This document shows, piece by piece, positions 39,663 to 52,684 of a stretch of DNA of 64,000 nucleotides. This DNA comes from Octopus sinensis (Eukaryota). Position numbers and translations under genes: made by a program. The notes beneath the pieces were generated by a model. The model was not told where the DNA came from and searched no databases. It worked only from the letters and a program-made list of their open reading frames with translations. Location of the stretch: assembly GCF_006345805.1 (NCBI RefSeq), contig NC_043005.1, positions 79,484,001-79,548,000 on the forward strand. The letters run 5' to 3'. The stretch's first letter is position 1. Every line of letters begins with the position of its first letter.

Positions 39663-39856
39663 TGAGACAGTAACCTAGCAGAATCTTAAGCGGCATTTCG
39701 TCTGTCTTTTTTTTATGTGTTCAAATTCCGCCGGAATCAATTTTATCTTTCATCTTGTCGGGGTCGATAAAATAAGTAGCAGCCAAGCACTAGGGTGGAT
39801 GTAAACGACTTACCCGCTCCCAGATATGCTGACCTTGTGCCAAAATTTGAAATCAG
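39663..39856 (+). mobile_element. SINE family B monomer (short tail)
   Basis: Homology to other B copies. Confidence 0.78.
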
Positions 39857-39864
39857 TTTACGTA

Positions 39865-39908
<44 letters not shown>

Positions 39909-40332
39909 CCTAAATGTTGCTCTCGTTTGGTAGAGTGAAACATCTATAGAAATATATCAAATAGGACTGACGAAATCTTTAGTTCATTTTGCTCATAATA
40001 CACAGGAGTGGCATTGTAACAGAAGGGCAACGCAAACACAAGCACACTCATATACACCCATTACATTTCTATACATGTGTACTGTATGCATACACTCTAT
40101 ATATGTGTGTGTGTGAATAGATTGATGGCTGTGGATGTGCTGTGTATATATTGTTTATGCCTGTGTTTGCGTGCATAAAATAACAGACGTGCGTCGCGTT
40201 TGCAGGAGAACTTCTAATAGAAAATGCTTGGCTATATTGAAGAACGAAAATCACGTACACCTGCTGCCCTCTGGCAACTAAGAAGAGAAAGTTGACAACA
40301 TCACTAGCTACACGTAGTGTAAAATACCAATT

Positions 40333-40713
40333 GTGGAAGCACTCCGTCGGTTACGACGATGAGGGTTCCGGTTGATCCGAATCAACGGAAGAGCCTGCTC
40401 GTGAAATTAACGTGTAAGTGGCTGAGCACTCCACAGACACGTGCACCCTTAACGTAGTTCTCGGGGATATTCAGCGTGACACAGAGAGTGACAAGGCCGG
40501 CCCCTTGAAATACAGGTACAACAGAAACAGGAAGTAAGAGAAAGTTGTGGTGAAAGAGTACAGCAGGGATCACTACCATCCCCTGACGGAGCCTCGTGGA
40601 GCTTTAGGTGTTTTTCGCTCAATAAACACTCACAACGCCCGGTCTGGGAATCGAAACCGCGATCCTATGACCGCGAGTCCGCTGCTCTAACCACTGGATC
40701 ATTGCGCCTCCAC
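40333..40713 (-). mobile_element. SINE family C, tail type ii, with 12-bp TSD
   Basis: TSD aaaataccaatt at 40321-40332 and 40717-40728; near-identical to 55078-55459. Confidence 0.93.
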
Positions 40714-40724
40714 TAAAAAATACC

Positions 40725-40856
<132 letters not shown>

Positions 40857-40860
40857 TATA

Positions 40861-41578
40861 CACGTTCATTATAGATAAAAACATTCATTCTTATATTATT
40901 GCGGCGTTACGTGCACCCCCCCCCGTTTGTTTGTCCAATTTTAAAAACCTGCACGACTTCTATACACACTGTCTTTTCCTACCCGCCATTGCTTCTTCAC
41001 CAAACTTTTTGGCGCCATCCGATTCTTCCCTCTCTTCCTCCCATCCTCCTCCCTCTTCCTTAATCCCTTCTTTCTCCTTTTCTCTTGGTCACTGATTCTG
41101 TCCCCTGCCTTCCACCCTCTTTGGATTCCCTCTCTCTCTGTCTCTCTTTCTCTCTCCTGCGACCTGCTGCTTCTTAAACCATTCTGTTGGCCTTCGTATC
41201 TCAACCACATGTGTCCCCGCTACCGAAACGGAATTATTTCTACGCCAGCTATGTTGTGTGTTTTTGTCTCATTTGGTCTAAAATCGTATGACAACCACCG
41301 CTATATATATTTGTTTATTCATACTGTTTTCAATTTCGTTTGTCTCTTGTATTCACATCCTCTTGTGCGTCACATTCCTGTCTTCTACCAAGAAATCTAA
41401 TGCTTACAGCTTAGTTTTTGTTCTTGGGGCTGGCCGAGTTGGAGCAAATATCAGAATTGAACAGCCGAAATTTGCTATGATGATTCGGTGTCTGACTGAA
41501 GATTGAAGCTTCGAATGATTTGTCTGTGTTCCGTGTTCGTCCCTTCTGTTTCACGTTCATTATATATAAAAACATTCA

Positions 41579-41581
<3 letters not shown>
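40861..41581. mobile_element. ~720-bp non-coding element with 30-bp terminal direct repeats, embedded in (TA)n
   Basis: cacgttcattata(g/t)ataaaaacattcattc at 40861-40890 and 41552-41581. Confidence 0.65.
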
Positions 41582-41650
<69 letters not shown>

Positions 41651-41684
41651 CACACATTGGTTAGTCGATATTACTTTCTAGGGA

Positions 41685-41900
41685 GGCATAAGGCCGGTTA
41701 CCTCCTTTCTCTGGTGCATATATATTCCTCGCTGGACGGGACGCCGGTCTGTCGCAGTATTACAGTTTTACCCGCTGAGTGGACTAAAGCAATATGAAAC
41801 GAACTGATTTTCTCAAGAACACAACGCAGCCCGGTCCAGGAATTGAAACCACAATCTCACAATCATGAGTCCAGCATTATAACTACTAAGTCATCAGCCG
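41685..41900 (-). mobile_element. Degenerate SINE with tail type i similarity
   Basis: ctggacgggacgccggtctgtcgcag and ccggtccaggaattgaaacc. Confidence 0.6.
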
Positions 41901-42582
41901 TCACTGACACATTGCCATACTCAAATTAGTTCGACATTTATGAATAGACATGGAGAACAAAACAATACTCTGTCTTATCTGGACATAGAAACCACTTTGT
42001 GTTTTCCATTCGCCAAACTCCATGCATTGTTCTTCAGAGGCTTAGCCATAGGAGAAGAGACAACACCCGTCAGCGTTTTACCGGCCTCTGAAACTGGCTT
42101 AGAGCAAGGGCATGTCTCGTTCCATATTGACGGTCTGTTTCCTGTTCTACGTACACCACACACCACACAAATAGCGAGACCTTTAATTAATAATTTGGCT
42201 ATAAAGTAGTTTATAATTATAAGCTAATGAAAGGTTGTGAAGTTAATGCATTTCTCAAGGGCATCATGTAAAAGCACAGCATAGGTCGATGTTATATGGA
42301 ATAACATGAAATAGCCACTTATGAAAATGCTTTGTCACTAATATAATAGGACGTATTTTCCGTAAGAGATATTATATTAAAACAGACGAAAATAATGTAA
42401 TTTGTTCCAAATGTGTGATGTTGTGTTTGAGAGAGAAATACTGGAACGAAGAGGGATTACACATTCTTTTATTTGTGAAAAGAATGTCAATACGCGTGTG
42501 TATGGCGTGTGTGTATGTTTCTGCATGTATGTTTATATGAGTATGTGCGTGTGTTGGTGTATGTATATATATATATACACTG

Positions 42583-42618
<36 letters not shown>

Positions 42619-43355
42619 GTACATCCGCACACATATATCTATCTCTTTCACTCTTCACACACATATATAGACTGTACGCATGCAGTACACATGCATACAA
42701 ATGTAATGGGTTTATATGTATCTGACTGTGTTTGCGTGCATAGAATAACAGGCATGCAAATATTTTGCAGGAGAACCTGTGTTAGAAAATGCTTGGCTAT
42801 ATTCAAGAACGAAAATCACTAACTCCTGCTGCCCTCTGGCAACTAAGAGAAAGTCGACAACATCACTAGTTACACGTATTGAAAATACCAAGTCGCTTGG
42901 AAAAATATTGAATCCGTGGCACTTATAGAGTGTATTTAAGTCTTAACAGACATCAATTGTGACGAGGTAACAGCTATAGAAATAACAACAAAGCGGCTCT
43001 GAATACAGCAGACGAAATGGACAGAAAAATAATTGGGAAATAATAGCGGTTGATATGAATAGAAAACTATCGAATAAAATGCAACAAAAGCTTTTTATTT
43101 TCTTCTGTGTTTTTAGTTTGTGTTTTTCTTCTATGACAGAAAATTGATTCTCTGAATGAGGAAAAAAAAATATGTGTGTCTGCAAGGAATTAGAAGGTTC
43201 ACCAAAAGCTTGCTTAAATTTATTTATTTTATTTATTTATTTATTTCTCTCGTTTTTTGTTTGACTTTATTGGAGCCATTTGTTTATATTTTGTATTCAA
43301 TAATTTTGTTACTTTGACATATATATACATGCATATATATATATATACATGTATA

Positions 43356-43428
<73 letters not shown>

Positions 43429-43482
43429 ATATTATATTATATATATATATGCATATACATGTCTACATGCATACATACATAT

Positions 43483-43522
<40 letters not shown>

Positions 43523-44739
43523 TAATATATATATATAGATAGATAGAAATGGAGACAGAGGGAGACAGACAGACAGAGGCATGTGTATACATGCACACAT
43601 ATGAAGATATAAATATCTGTGCATATATTTATACGTGTATAAATATGTGTGTATGCATATATATGTAAGTATGTATTTATATGTATAAATATGTATGTAT
43701 ATATATGTATGTATGCATGTATGCACACAAGAAACATAGAGAGAGAGAGAGAGAGAACGAGAGAGAGAGAAATGATTGAGAAAGATATTTAGACGCTTTT
43801 AGCTAGCCATGCGAAAATTAACACCCTACCCAAAAGGAGGGGTAAACCAGAACGAAAGCAACAAATTTAGAAACTATTCATGAAGTAGCTTTTACTTTCA
43901 CGTTTCCATTTACGTTAGTTTCTTTCTTCAAATACATAGAATCTACAATATATTTGTCAACAATGACATATATATTCCTTGTAAGAGCATGATTGCAATA
44001 TCTCCATTATTAAACACTCTTCAATGTTAAGCTAAATCGACAACAAAGCAATTACTAACAGGAAAAAATCTAGGCTACTCTGTATTCAAGGTTTTTGTTG
44101 AAAGAAAAAAAAATGGAAGAAAAGTTAGAAGAAAAAATAGGAATGAAAAAAAAAGTAGCGAAACATTTTTGAAAGAGAATCGAAAGCAAAATAAGAAACA
44201 GTAAAAGAGGAAGAATATTGGTATAGGAATAACTCCAGTATGTTTTAGACAATTGTTATCGACATCTTTAAATGCTCGCCAAACGTTGAAGCACGCCATA
44301 AGAGAAGAAAAAATAGCTTTTATTGTTTTCCTTTGATTATGAACAATATGCTATATTTCTTAGCAGAGTAAAACACGAAAAATCGTAGCTTTTGTGCGTT
44401 TGCCAAGAGTTATTACTGTCGTAAGTAAAGCTGGAACGTAAGTATGTAGTAAATCCCAAGTTGCCTTAAAAGCGACGGTGCTTAGCTCGCATGCATTGCC
44501 ATTAAGCTGGTAAAGGATATGCGAAATACTGGCTAGGATATCTGTTCATCTAGAGGTACATTCTTACGAGATCCATTGCATCTATTTGCAAAAGATGGGT
44601 GAACGGTATTGCATATAATCCGAATGATACTCGGATAAAAGACTATAATATTTGAATATAGCAGACTTGAAAACTATGCAGAATCTTGTCGTATACATAC
44701 ATACACACACATATATACATACTTGCATGCATGCATGGA

Positions 44740-44960
44740 GGACGTAGCCAGGGTAATATTACACAAACCTTAGGATTTCTCTGCCCGCAGTCAGCAGAGT
44801 GATTGTACAATTCATCAGCAAAGGACAGGAATCACCAGCATTTCATTCAGATCAACTTGGGATCGGTCACATCTGTCTTTGGACTATCAAGCGGATTCTT
44901 CAACAAAACTAAATAAATCCCGATGAAAGGCAATTGATGCTCCCGAGCAACTCCTAATCA
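44740..44960 (+). mobile_element. Tc1-like transposase N-terminal (HTH) remnant
   Basis: Frameshifted peptide QTLG.SLPAVSRVIVQFISKGQESPAFHS...TIKRILQQN resembles the Tc1 paired-like HTH region. Confidence 0.45.
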
Positions 44961-45009
44961 GTTGGAGTGTTCCTGTGTGGTACTTCCATGCTTTTGGCTT
45001 CTATATAGG

Positions 45010-45535
45010 CCCGTATGTATATAGGTACTACGTACTTACGTGCGTATGTATGTGTGTGTATATGTGTATATGTATGTGTATATGTGTGTATGCATGTATA
45101 TCTGTGTATGCATGTGTATGTATTATGTATGTATATATGAATGTATATGAGTACATGAGTGTATGTATATGTATATATGTGTGTATGTATGTATATATAT
45201 GTGTGTGTATGCATGCGTATGGATGAATTATGTATGTATGTGTGTATATATATATGTGTGTATGTATGTGTATATGTGTGTATGCATGTATATCTGTGTA
45301 TGCATGCATTATGTATGTATATATGTGTATGTATATGTGCGTGTATGTATGTATGTATATGTGTGTATGCATGCATATCTGTGTATGCATGTGTATGTAC
45401 GTATGTATGTATATGTATGTATATGTACATGTGTGTGTATGTGTATATGTATATGTGTGTATGCATGTATATCTGTGAATGCATGTGTATTTATGTATTA
45501 TGTATGTGCCTGTGTATATGTGCCCATGTATATGT
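45010..45535. repeat. Complex (TATG)/(TG) array with recurring higher-order block
   Basis: tatgtgtgtatgcatgtatatctgtgtatgcatg recurs several times. Confidence 0.93.
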
Positions 45536-45783
45536 GTTTATTTTACAGGAAAAGTTAAGTTTGATTTCGTAGTTTCTTTTTGCTCGCCATCGACAAACAG
45601 AGAGGCTGATTAAAGAGAAAGAACTGGAAACTTCGGAGTCACTGTCAAAAATTCCCTCATAAAATTTTAATAAACGTACTCTACCAAAAAATTTGAGAAT
45701 TTCCTTCAGTTTAATGTCAGATTGTTCTTGTATATAACTTGACAGGAAAAGAGACATACATATGTATGTGGGTGTGCGTGTGT

Positions 45784-45840
<57 letters not shown>

Positions 45841-46837
45841 GTAATAAATATCACATGCATGGCTGAAGTTTCATTTTTGAAATGTACAATATTCACCTGC
45901 ATTTGCGCAATGTACGATCTGGCAATCACTCAGAATTTTGTAAAGTGGCTACGAAGTGAGAATATACAAAAATGAAGCGAAGACAGGAAAAGGCAACGTT
46001 GTGTATGGTGTATATTTCGTCTAGAATTCTAAATTATGTCCCTTTATTCGTGACGTGAGAATAGTTTGCAAGGAAATATTATGCAAAGACAAGATAAATT
46101 TAATGCTGACTGTAAATAGCATAGACAGGTGTAAAGATTTTTTTTGTTTATTTTTGTCTATGGGAACTATGTGTCCATGGCAAGCTTGTAAGGCTGAAAC
46201 TTTGCATTGACCAAAATCCATGGCTATATAATCCATCGATTATAAGAAAAGTTGTCTAACATAATGTGGAGACATCCTCCAATTAAACAACAGACACTGT
46301 TCTAGATGCATACATCACGTAACTATCTCTAAACTCGATTTTCGTTTTCGAATTAATGAGGACGTGCGCTCTTTCAGTTACGAAGTACCGTTAGTTTTTT
46401 TTGTTCCGTTTATGAATGAACTTGGTCATTCCAAAATATTTTGCCTGATAGTGTGTTAGCGCCGATCTTCATTTTCGAGAAATGGCTTGTGTATCTCTTC
46501 TTTTTTCTTCCGGGCACATAATCGAAAAGAACAATTTCGCAAGACATATTTGCAGAAATACAAACTTAATACGGGTTTGAAATATTGGCATAAGGTCACG
46601 AATAAGAAGGAGGAAGAGAGTGAGTTAATTAAGTCGGCCCCAGGGCTCAGTTGGTACTTCTTATATCGAACCCAAATGGATGATAGGAAAAGACGACCTC
46701 GGTGGATTTTTAAACTCAGAACGCAAGAGTAGTTCTTCTGTTGATCTCTCCATCATGGAACAGTTTACTACATACACACCCTCGCGCGGGCGTTGGAAAA
46801 ATACGAAAATATAAGTAATCTTTTCTGCGATGCGCAT

Positions 46838-47000
46838 ATAGGCGGAGTGGCTGTGTGGTAAGTAGCTTGCTTATGAGCCACATGGTTCCGGGTTCAGTCC
46901 CACGGCGTGGCACCTTGGACAAGTGTCTTCTACTATAGCCTCAGGCCAACTAAAGCCTTGTTAGTGGATTTGGTAGACGGAAACTGAAAGAAGCCCGTCG

Positions 47001-47032
<32 letters not shown>

Positions 47033-47228
47033 TGTATGTGTGCATATATGTTTGTGTGTCTGCCCCCAACAACGTTTGTCCCCGCAACATCGGCTGACAA
47101 CCGATGCTGGTTTGTTTACATCTCCGTAACCTAGCGGTTCGGCAAAAGAGACCGATAAAATAAGTACTAGGCTTATAAAGAATAAGTTCTGGGTCGATTT
47201 GCTCGACTAAAGGCGGTGCTCTAGCATG
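46838..47228 (+). mobile_element. SINE family A, truncated in the tail
   Basis: Complete head to ggcggtgctctagcatg. Confidence 0.92.
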
Positions 47229-47304
47229 AAATTCATGAAAGATTTCTTCTTTTGATCACACGTTATTTGGAAAATGCTTTGAGCAACGAATAGTAATTTA
47301 AATG

Positions 47305-48722
47305 TGGGGAGCAGACCAGTGGATTACATTGACCTCAGTACGTACTTGCTACTGAATTTATCGACCCCCACAAGGAAGAAATGCAAAGTCGACCTCGCCG
47401 GAATGTCAACTCTGAACGTAAGGACGGAGTAAATGTCGCTAAGTATTTTGCCCGGCGCGGTAACGATTCTGTCAGCTCACCGCACTTAGTCATAATGAAT
47501 GACTGTGTACGGTATACCATTGCAGTTATTTGGAGCTCAGATTTGGTTTTTTCCGACAGTATTTCGATGCTTAACCACTGTAGATCATTAGAAGGTATTA
47601 GACCTATGTAATAGAATGCGCTAAAGTTGTTTCCCTGGTGATCCATTGCGGTTAGTTATCCGAATATTCTTGGAACATCCAATCTCGAGTTCCAGGTAAT
47701 TGGAATAGTGAAACATACGCTGCGCATAATTATTTATAATTGTGTTTATCTTAATTTTCCCCTACATGTAGTCTGTCAATTACAACTAGTAACACTACCT
47801 GGGACAATGGTCGACAAACAGCTATACTGAAATCTGACAGACTCCAACACGGAGCTGTGGTCGTACATTTAACTCTGCACAAAAATACACACACAAACAT
47901 ACATTCACACAAACACACATACACACACACATACATGGGATTGTGTTTGCCAGTAACGTCTATTTGTCTCAGTAAAATCATTCGACAGTCCATGCTTACA
48001 ATATAGGTGACTCACAAATATTCATTTCCATTTAATATTTGATTGAATTTACCGTTCGTCCTGTGAATGAATGGGTGAATAAAATGAAGAGACAAAATTT
48101 TATCAGTGGTGAATTAGTGATCAATGTTTCATTATACAATAGATTCCTTGATATGAAACAAAACTAAACATGAAATGATATATTACGCTTATAGAAATAT
48201 ACTCTATATTTAAACATGAATTACTATTTATATCGCTTAGAGCGGCGAGCAGGCAGACTTGTTAGCACGCTAGACAAAACGCTGAGCGACATTTTGTTCG
48301 TCTTTATCATTAAATCTTGCCGAGGTCGGCTTTGCTTTTTGTCATTTCGGGATCTATAAAAAAAGTACCAGTTGATCAGTGGTGTTATAGTAATCGACCT
48401 CACCCTTCTCTCGAAACTGTTGGCCTTGTACCAAAATTTGAAACCCTTATATTAAGTTTATAGAAATATACTTTATATTTAAATATGAAGAAATATTTAT
48501 GTCGCTTAAGGTTGTGAGCAGGGAAAATCGTTGGTACGTCGGACATGTTGCTTACCAGCATTTCGTCTGTCTTTATGTTCTCAGTTCAAATTCTACTGCG
48601 GTTGACTTTGCCTTTCATTCTTTCGGGGTCGATAAAATAAGTACCGGTCGAACACTGGGGTTCGGATGTAATTGGCTTGCCTTTGATCGAAATTGCTGGC
48701 CCTGTGACAAAATTTTAAGCCA
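47305..48722. mobile_element. SINE family B monomers (47305-47487 minus; 48241-48447 and 48503-48722 plus)
   Basis: Homology to other B copies. Confidence 0.8.
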
Positions 48723-50319
48723 GTATTTGTACCGCTTTCCTAATACTTTCGCTTAAACATATGTCGATGCCCTCGCTTTTCTGCTTAAATACACAAATAT
48801 ATATTAAGTAATGCTGTCTGTAAAACTATAATTTTGTTTTTGTGTGATTGTTTTGTTAACTCATGCGTTTGCTCTCGTTTCTTTTCACACTGAATACTTA
48901 AATTTTTTCCTTTAGCTTGAAAAAATCCTGATGTCACGCTTCAAGATATTCTATTTGTGCACTTCAAATTTAAGCCTTACTTTTTCTTTATTTAAAAGAA
49001 ACGCATTTTAATGAGTTTCATGGTATACACCCATTTAGGTAGTGCGTGCTTTCTTTATTTCTTTCTTTCAGATGTTCTCAGTAACTTCGTTTCACGAAGT
49101 AATTTATTACCTTCGACACTAACAATATATGTACAATCACCCTTTGTGTTGTATTTGTACACGAAGAGAGGTAGAATGAAAAACACCTGAAAGTCAACTA
49201 ATTGCTCTTCAGCTGCTTTTCGTTATTATTTTGCTTCACGCTCTATAAGCAAGCACAAAATAGTTATTATGAACATAATAACAGTAAATAAAACGATGGT
49301 GACCATACCGTGAAACTACGAATGAAAGCGAGAGAAAAGGGAATGAAAGAAAAGAATAAAAGAATAGAGTGAAATACAATTCATGAAAGATTTCTTCTTT
49401 TGATCACACGTTATTTGGAAAATGCTTTGGGCAACGAATAGTAATTTAAATGAGAAACATTTATTACATTGAAGAAATGTCTGTCTGAAAAGAATATTTA
49501 GTTGCGGACTAAATGCTTATCAGAAACAAATCAATATCATTTAACACAAAGATTAATTACTAAAGTGTTATGTCATAGAAGAAAATTAATAAAAATAAAA
49601 AGAGGACGACAGTGGAGTCGATGCTGCGCCGACAATAAAAATAAACGCCTAGCAATATTTGTTTAGACACCTTTGTATTTTGATAATCAAATCCTGCAGG
49701 GTTGAGTTCGCCTTTTATCTTTTCGGAGATCGATAAAACAGTTGGAAGTCAAGCATTTGGGGTCAATAAAATCGAATTCAGCCACTCCTAAAATGTTTGG
49801 TCTTGTGCCTTAGATGTAAAAGAAAAACAAAATCACAATATTACGTCAATAAATAATTAAAAAAGGGAGAAAGCAAACACAAAAATAGATAATAATGAGA
49901 AATTGTTCGATGTGGCGAAGGAAAGTATAACTAGGACAAACTGACTCGATTTAGATATAGTACACAGAGACGTTGTTGTTTTCCTTTGGTTCACAAAAAT
50001 TTCTATAATCAAAGAATCCAGCTGTGGAAATCACATCTTGTTAAAAATGACTATCAAACGTATATTTTCCTTCTTTAAGACAGAAGAGTGAATTGAAAGA
50101 AATTGCTGCTAGTTTCAGCAAGTCGAGTAACCTCTTACTCTTGCATGAAAAAAATGGAATTGACTTAAATACTGTTATAACTTCTCAGGGGTTATAGCAA
50201 ATCACGTTGTACCCATATTTTATTTCCTAATCGAAACGAGTCACCTACGGAAGCAAACAAACTTGGGTAAAGAGTAAGACTACATATATCTATTTTAAAT
50301 AAATAACACCGTAGCAGTG

Positions 50320-50500
50320 GATATCCGTTGTTTGACGATGACTATTGAATTGTTCGGTCAAGTGAATTATCTGCCCTTGAATCAACATAGAGATAGCTGA
50401 GTAGTTCACAGACACAGTGTACCCATAACATAATCAGTAGTCAGCGAAGGTGTCAAAGAGTATTTGACAACATCGTACCTTTTGAATTACAAGTACCAAA
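50320..50500 (-). mobile_element. Old degenerate copy of SINE C tail type ii
   Basis: gctgagtagttcacagacacagtgtaccc...cctttgaattacaagtac resembles 40420-40520. Confidence 0.55.
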
Positions 50501-51496
50501 ACACAGCAGGTTGCTATATAGCTTTTGTGTACCTATTGAATGACGAAGACTTGCAGCGTAGTGAGATCGCGCTTATTTGCTTATTTCTTTTATATCATAT
50601 ATCAAAAGCATATCAAAGTCTATTTATACTTTCACCCTAATGACATACTTATAGTTCAATTTCAGTCTTTTATTGAGAAATTCCTCACAGAGACTCTTTT
50701 CGATTAACCCTGTCGAGAATGCATGATCTTTTTTAACACATACACGCACGTGCGCGAGCACAAACAAGTACGTACAGATATTTGTTCACTTATGCGTCTG
50801 GATATATATATATATATTTTTATATATATATATATATATATACATAGATAATATTATATAACTTGGTTTAAGAAGAGACAAAATTTAGATAATCATCCTA
50901 TAGTTATGATTTACATCAACTTAATAAATACATATAACACGATATATACACCAAGACAAGGAACATATGAATATATTGTTTACAGAAGTAGTATTCTTAA
51001 GATTATGAACTTGGAACAGTAAAAGGCATGTTATTACACTAGGAAAAGTTCAGGACAAGTTATTATATCTGGTGAAGAACAGAACAAGAAAATTTTAACT
51101 TGATATATTGCAGCTGAGGATAAAATTTCAAATAAAATATTTAGATTTATAAAATATTAGTTTTTATTAAAACTAAAAATTTTATTAAAAGTTATTACTT
51201 CTATTCGTTATTATTTGTTACTTGTATAAGAAATAAAAAGTAACTCAATTAAAATATTTTTTGCACGTTAAGAGTTCATTTTTTACTTATTAATTAATGA
51301 TTAGAAATTTGAAAATAGGTTATAAAGAATAATAGTAGTACATAATCAGCACAATAAATACAATAATAGAAAAATTAGTTATATATAACAGTAAAATCTA
51401 CCTATAACAACAAATTCACAGTAAATCTACGGATAACAACAGGTAACCTAAATTGCGCCGTTGTTTTACTCATCTATTTATGCATTTATGTATATG

Positions 51497-51710
51497 TCTG
51501 TTTCTCTGCTTGTCCCTCTCTATCTCTTGACGACCGATTTTGGTGTTTTACGTCCCCATAACTTAGCGTTTCGGTTAAAGAAACCGATAGGATAAGTACT
51601 AGGCATACAAAGAATAAGTGCTGGAGTCGATTTGTTCCACTAAAGCCGGTGCTCCAGCATGGTCACAGTTAAATGACTGGAGCAAGTGAAAGAGTAAAAG
51701 AATAAAAGAA
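51497..51710 (+). mobile_element. SINE family A, 3' half
   Basis: Homology to other A copies. Confidence 0.85.
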
Positions 51711-52627
51711 TCAATATGTAGGACAGACAAATATGGCACTTAGACGGAGAACCACACTACATAAGGGACCGATCCATCTCCCACAGTACAGACAGATTCC
51801 TTTCAGTGAAACAGAGATATGCAGGTATTATCCAACCAAATTTCAGTTTTCCCCATCTACTAGAACAAAGAAACAATTTCTGTAATTGTATGTTTAAACA
51901 AACAATATATGTTTATCGAAAAATACCATATCTCTAAATATGTACATATAACCAATTTTAGCTCATGTTCACATGCTCATTGCTGTAAATATTTTATCTC
52001 ACTACTTTAGCTTTTGAGTTTTTGTATATTTATTTATCTCTTCCTCAAAATATGAGCCATTACCACCCCTGTTCGGAATAATAAGGAACACCATTTACCT
52101 CCCCTTAGATTTTTCTACTTGTTGAATTATTTCATTTACAAACTCCCATACCCAACATGGACTAAAATCCTCTTGCGAAAATGCGAAATTACAGTAATTC
52201 CAATGTCATGATTAGCGAAAGCAAAAGCGGTCGACAAGCACACTCTTTCACTAATAAAATCTATTTAAAATTATATTAAAACTCGTAAATTGTGTGCATT
52301 TTCCTTCTTTTATTTTATATAATCATTGCATTACAACTCATCATGTGTAGATAATCGATATTCTCATACCTTTTTCTTATTATATATAGTAAGGAACTGA
52401 ACGAGGAGCCATGAGGTTGGGAGAGAAAGCTTCTTACCACCCAGCCACGCCTATATACTATCTCTGTGAATTATTATATACTGTATATATGTGTGTGCGT
52501 ACCTCATTTTCTCTCTCCACCCCCTCTATCTCTGTACATATATATGTGTATCTGTTTTTGCTGGTGTGTGTATCCGTGTGTGTGTATGCGTGTGCGTGTG
52601 TGGGTGTGTGTTTGTGTGTATTTGCAC

Positions 52628-52684
52628 ATGCATAGATAACCGAATGTATTTAAATCTACATTAAATACATTCGGCTCTATGTAT
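52628..52684. other. Pre-miRNA-like hairpin (candidate)
   Basis: 14-bp perfect stem at 52640-52653/52661-52674, 7-nt loop, further ~9-bp basal stem. Confidence 0.3.

Noticed and set aside
51720-52180. Possible L1/Tx1-like LINE 3' remnant
   Set aside because: Too degenerate to recover diagnostic motifs by eye.
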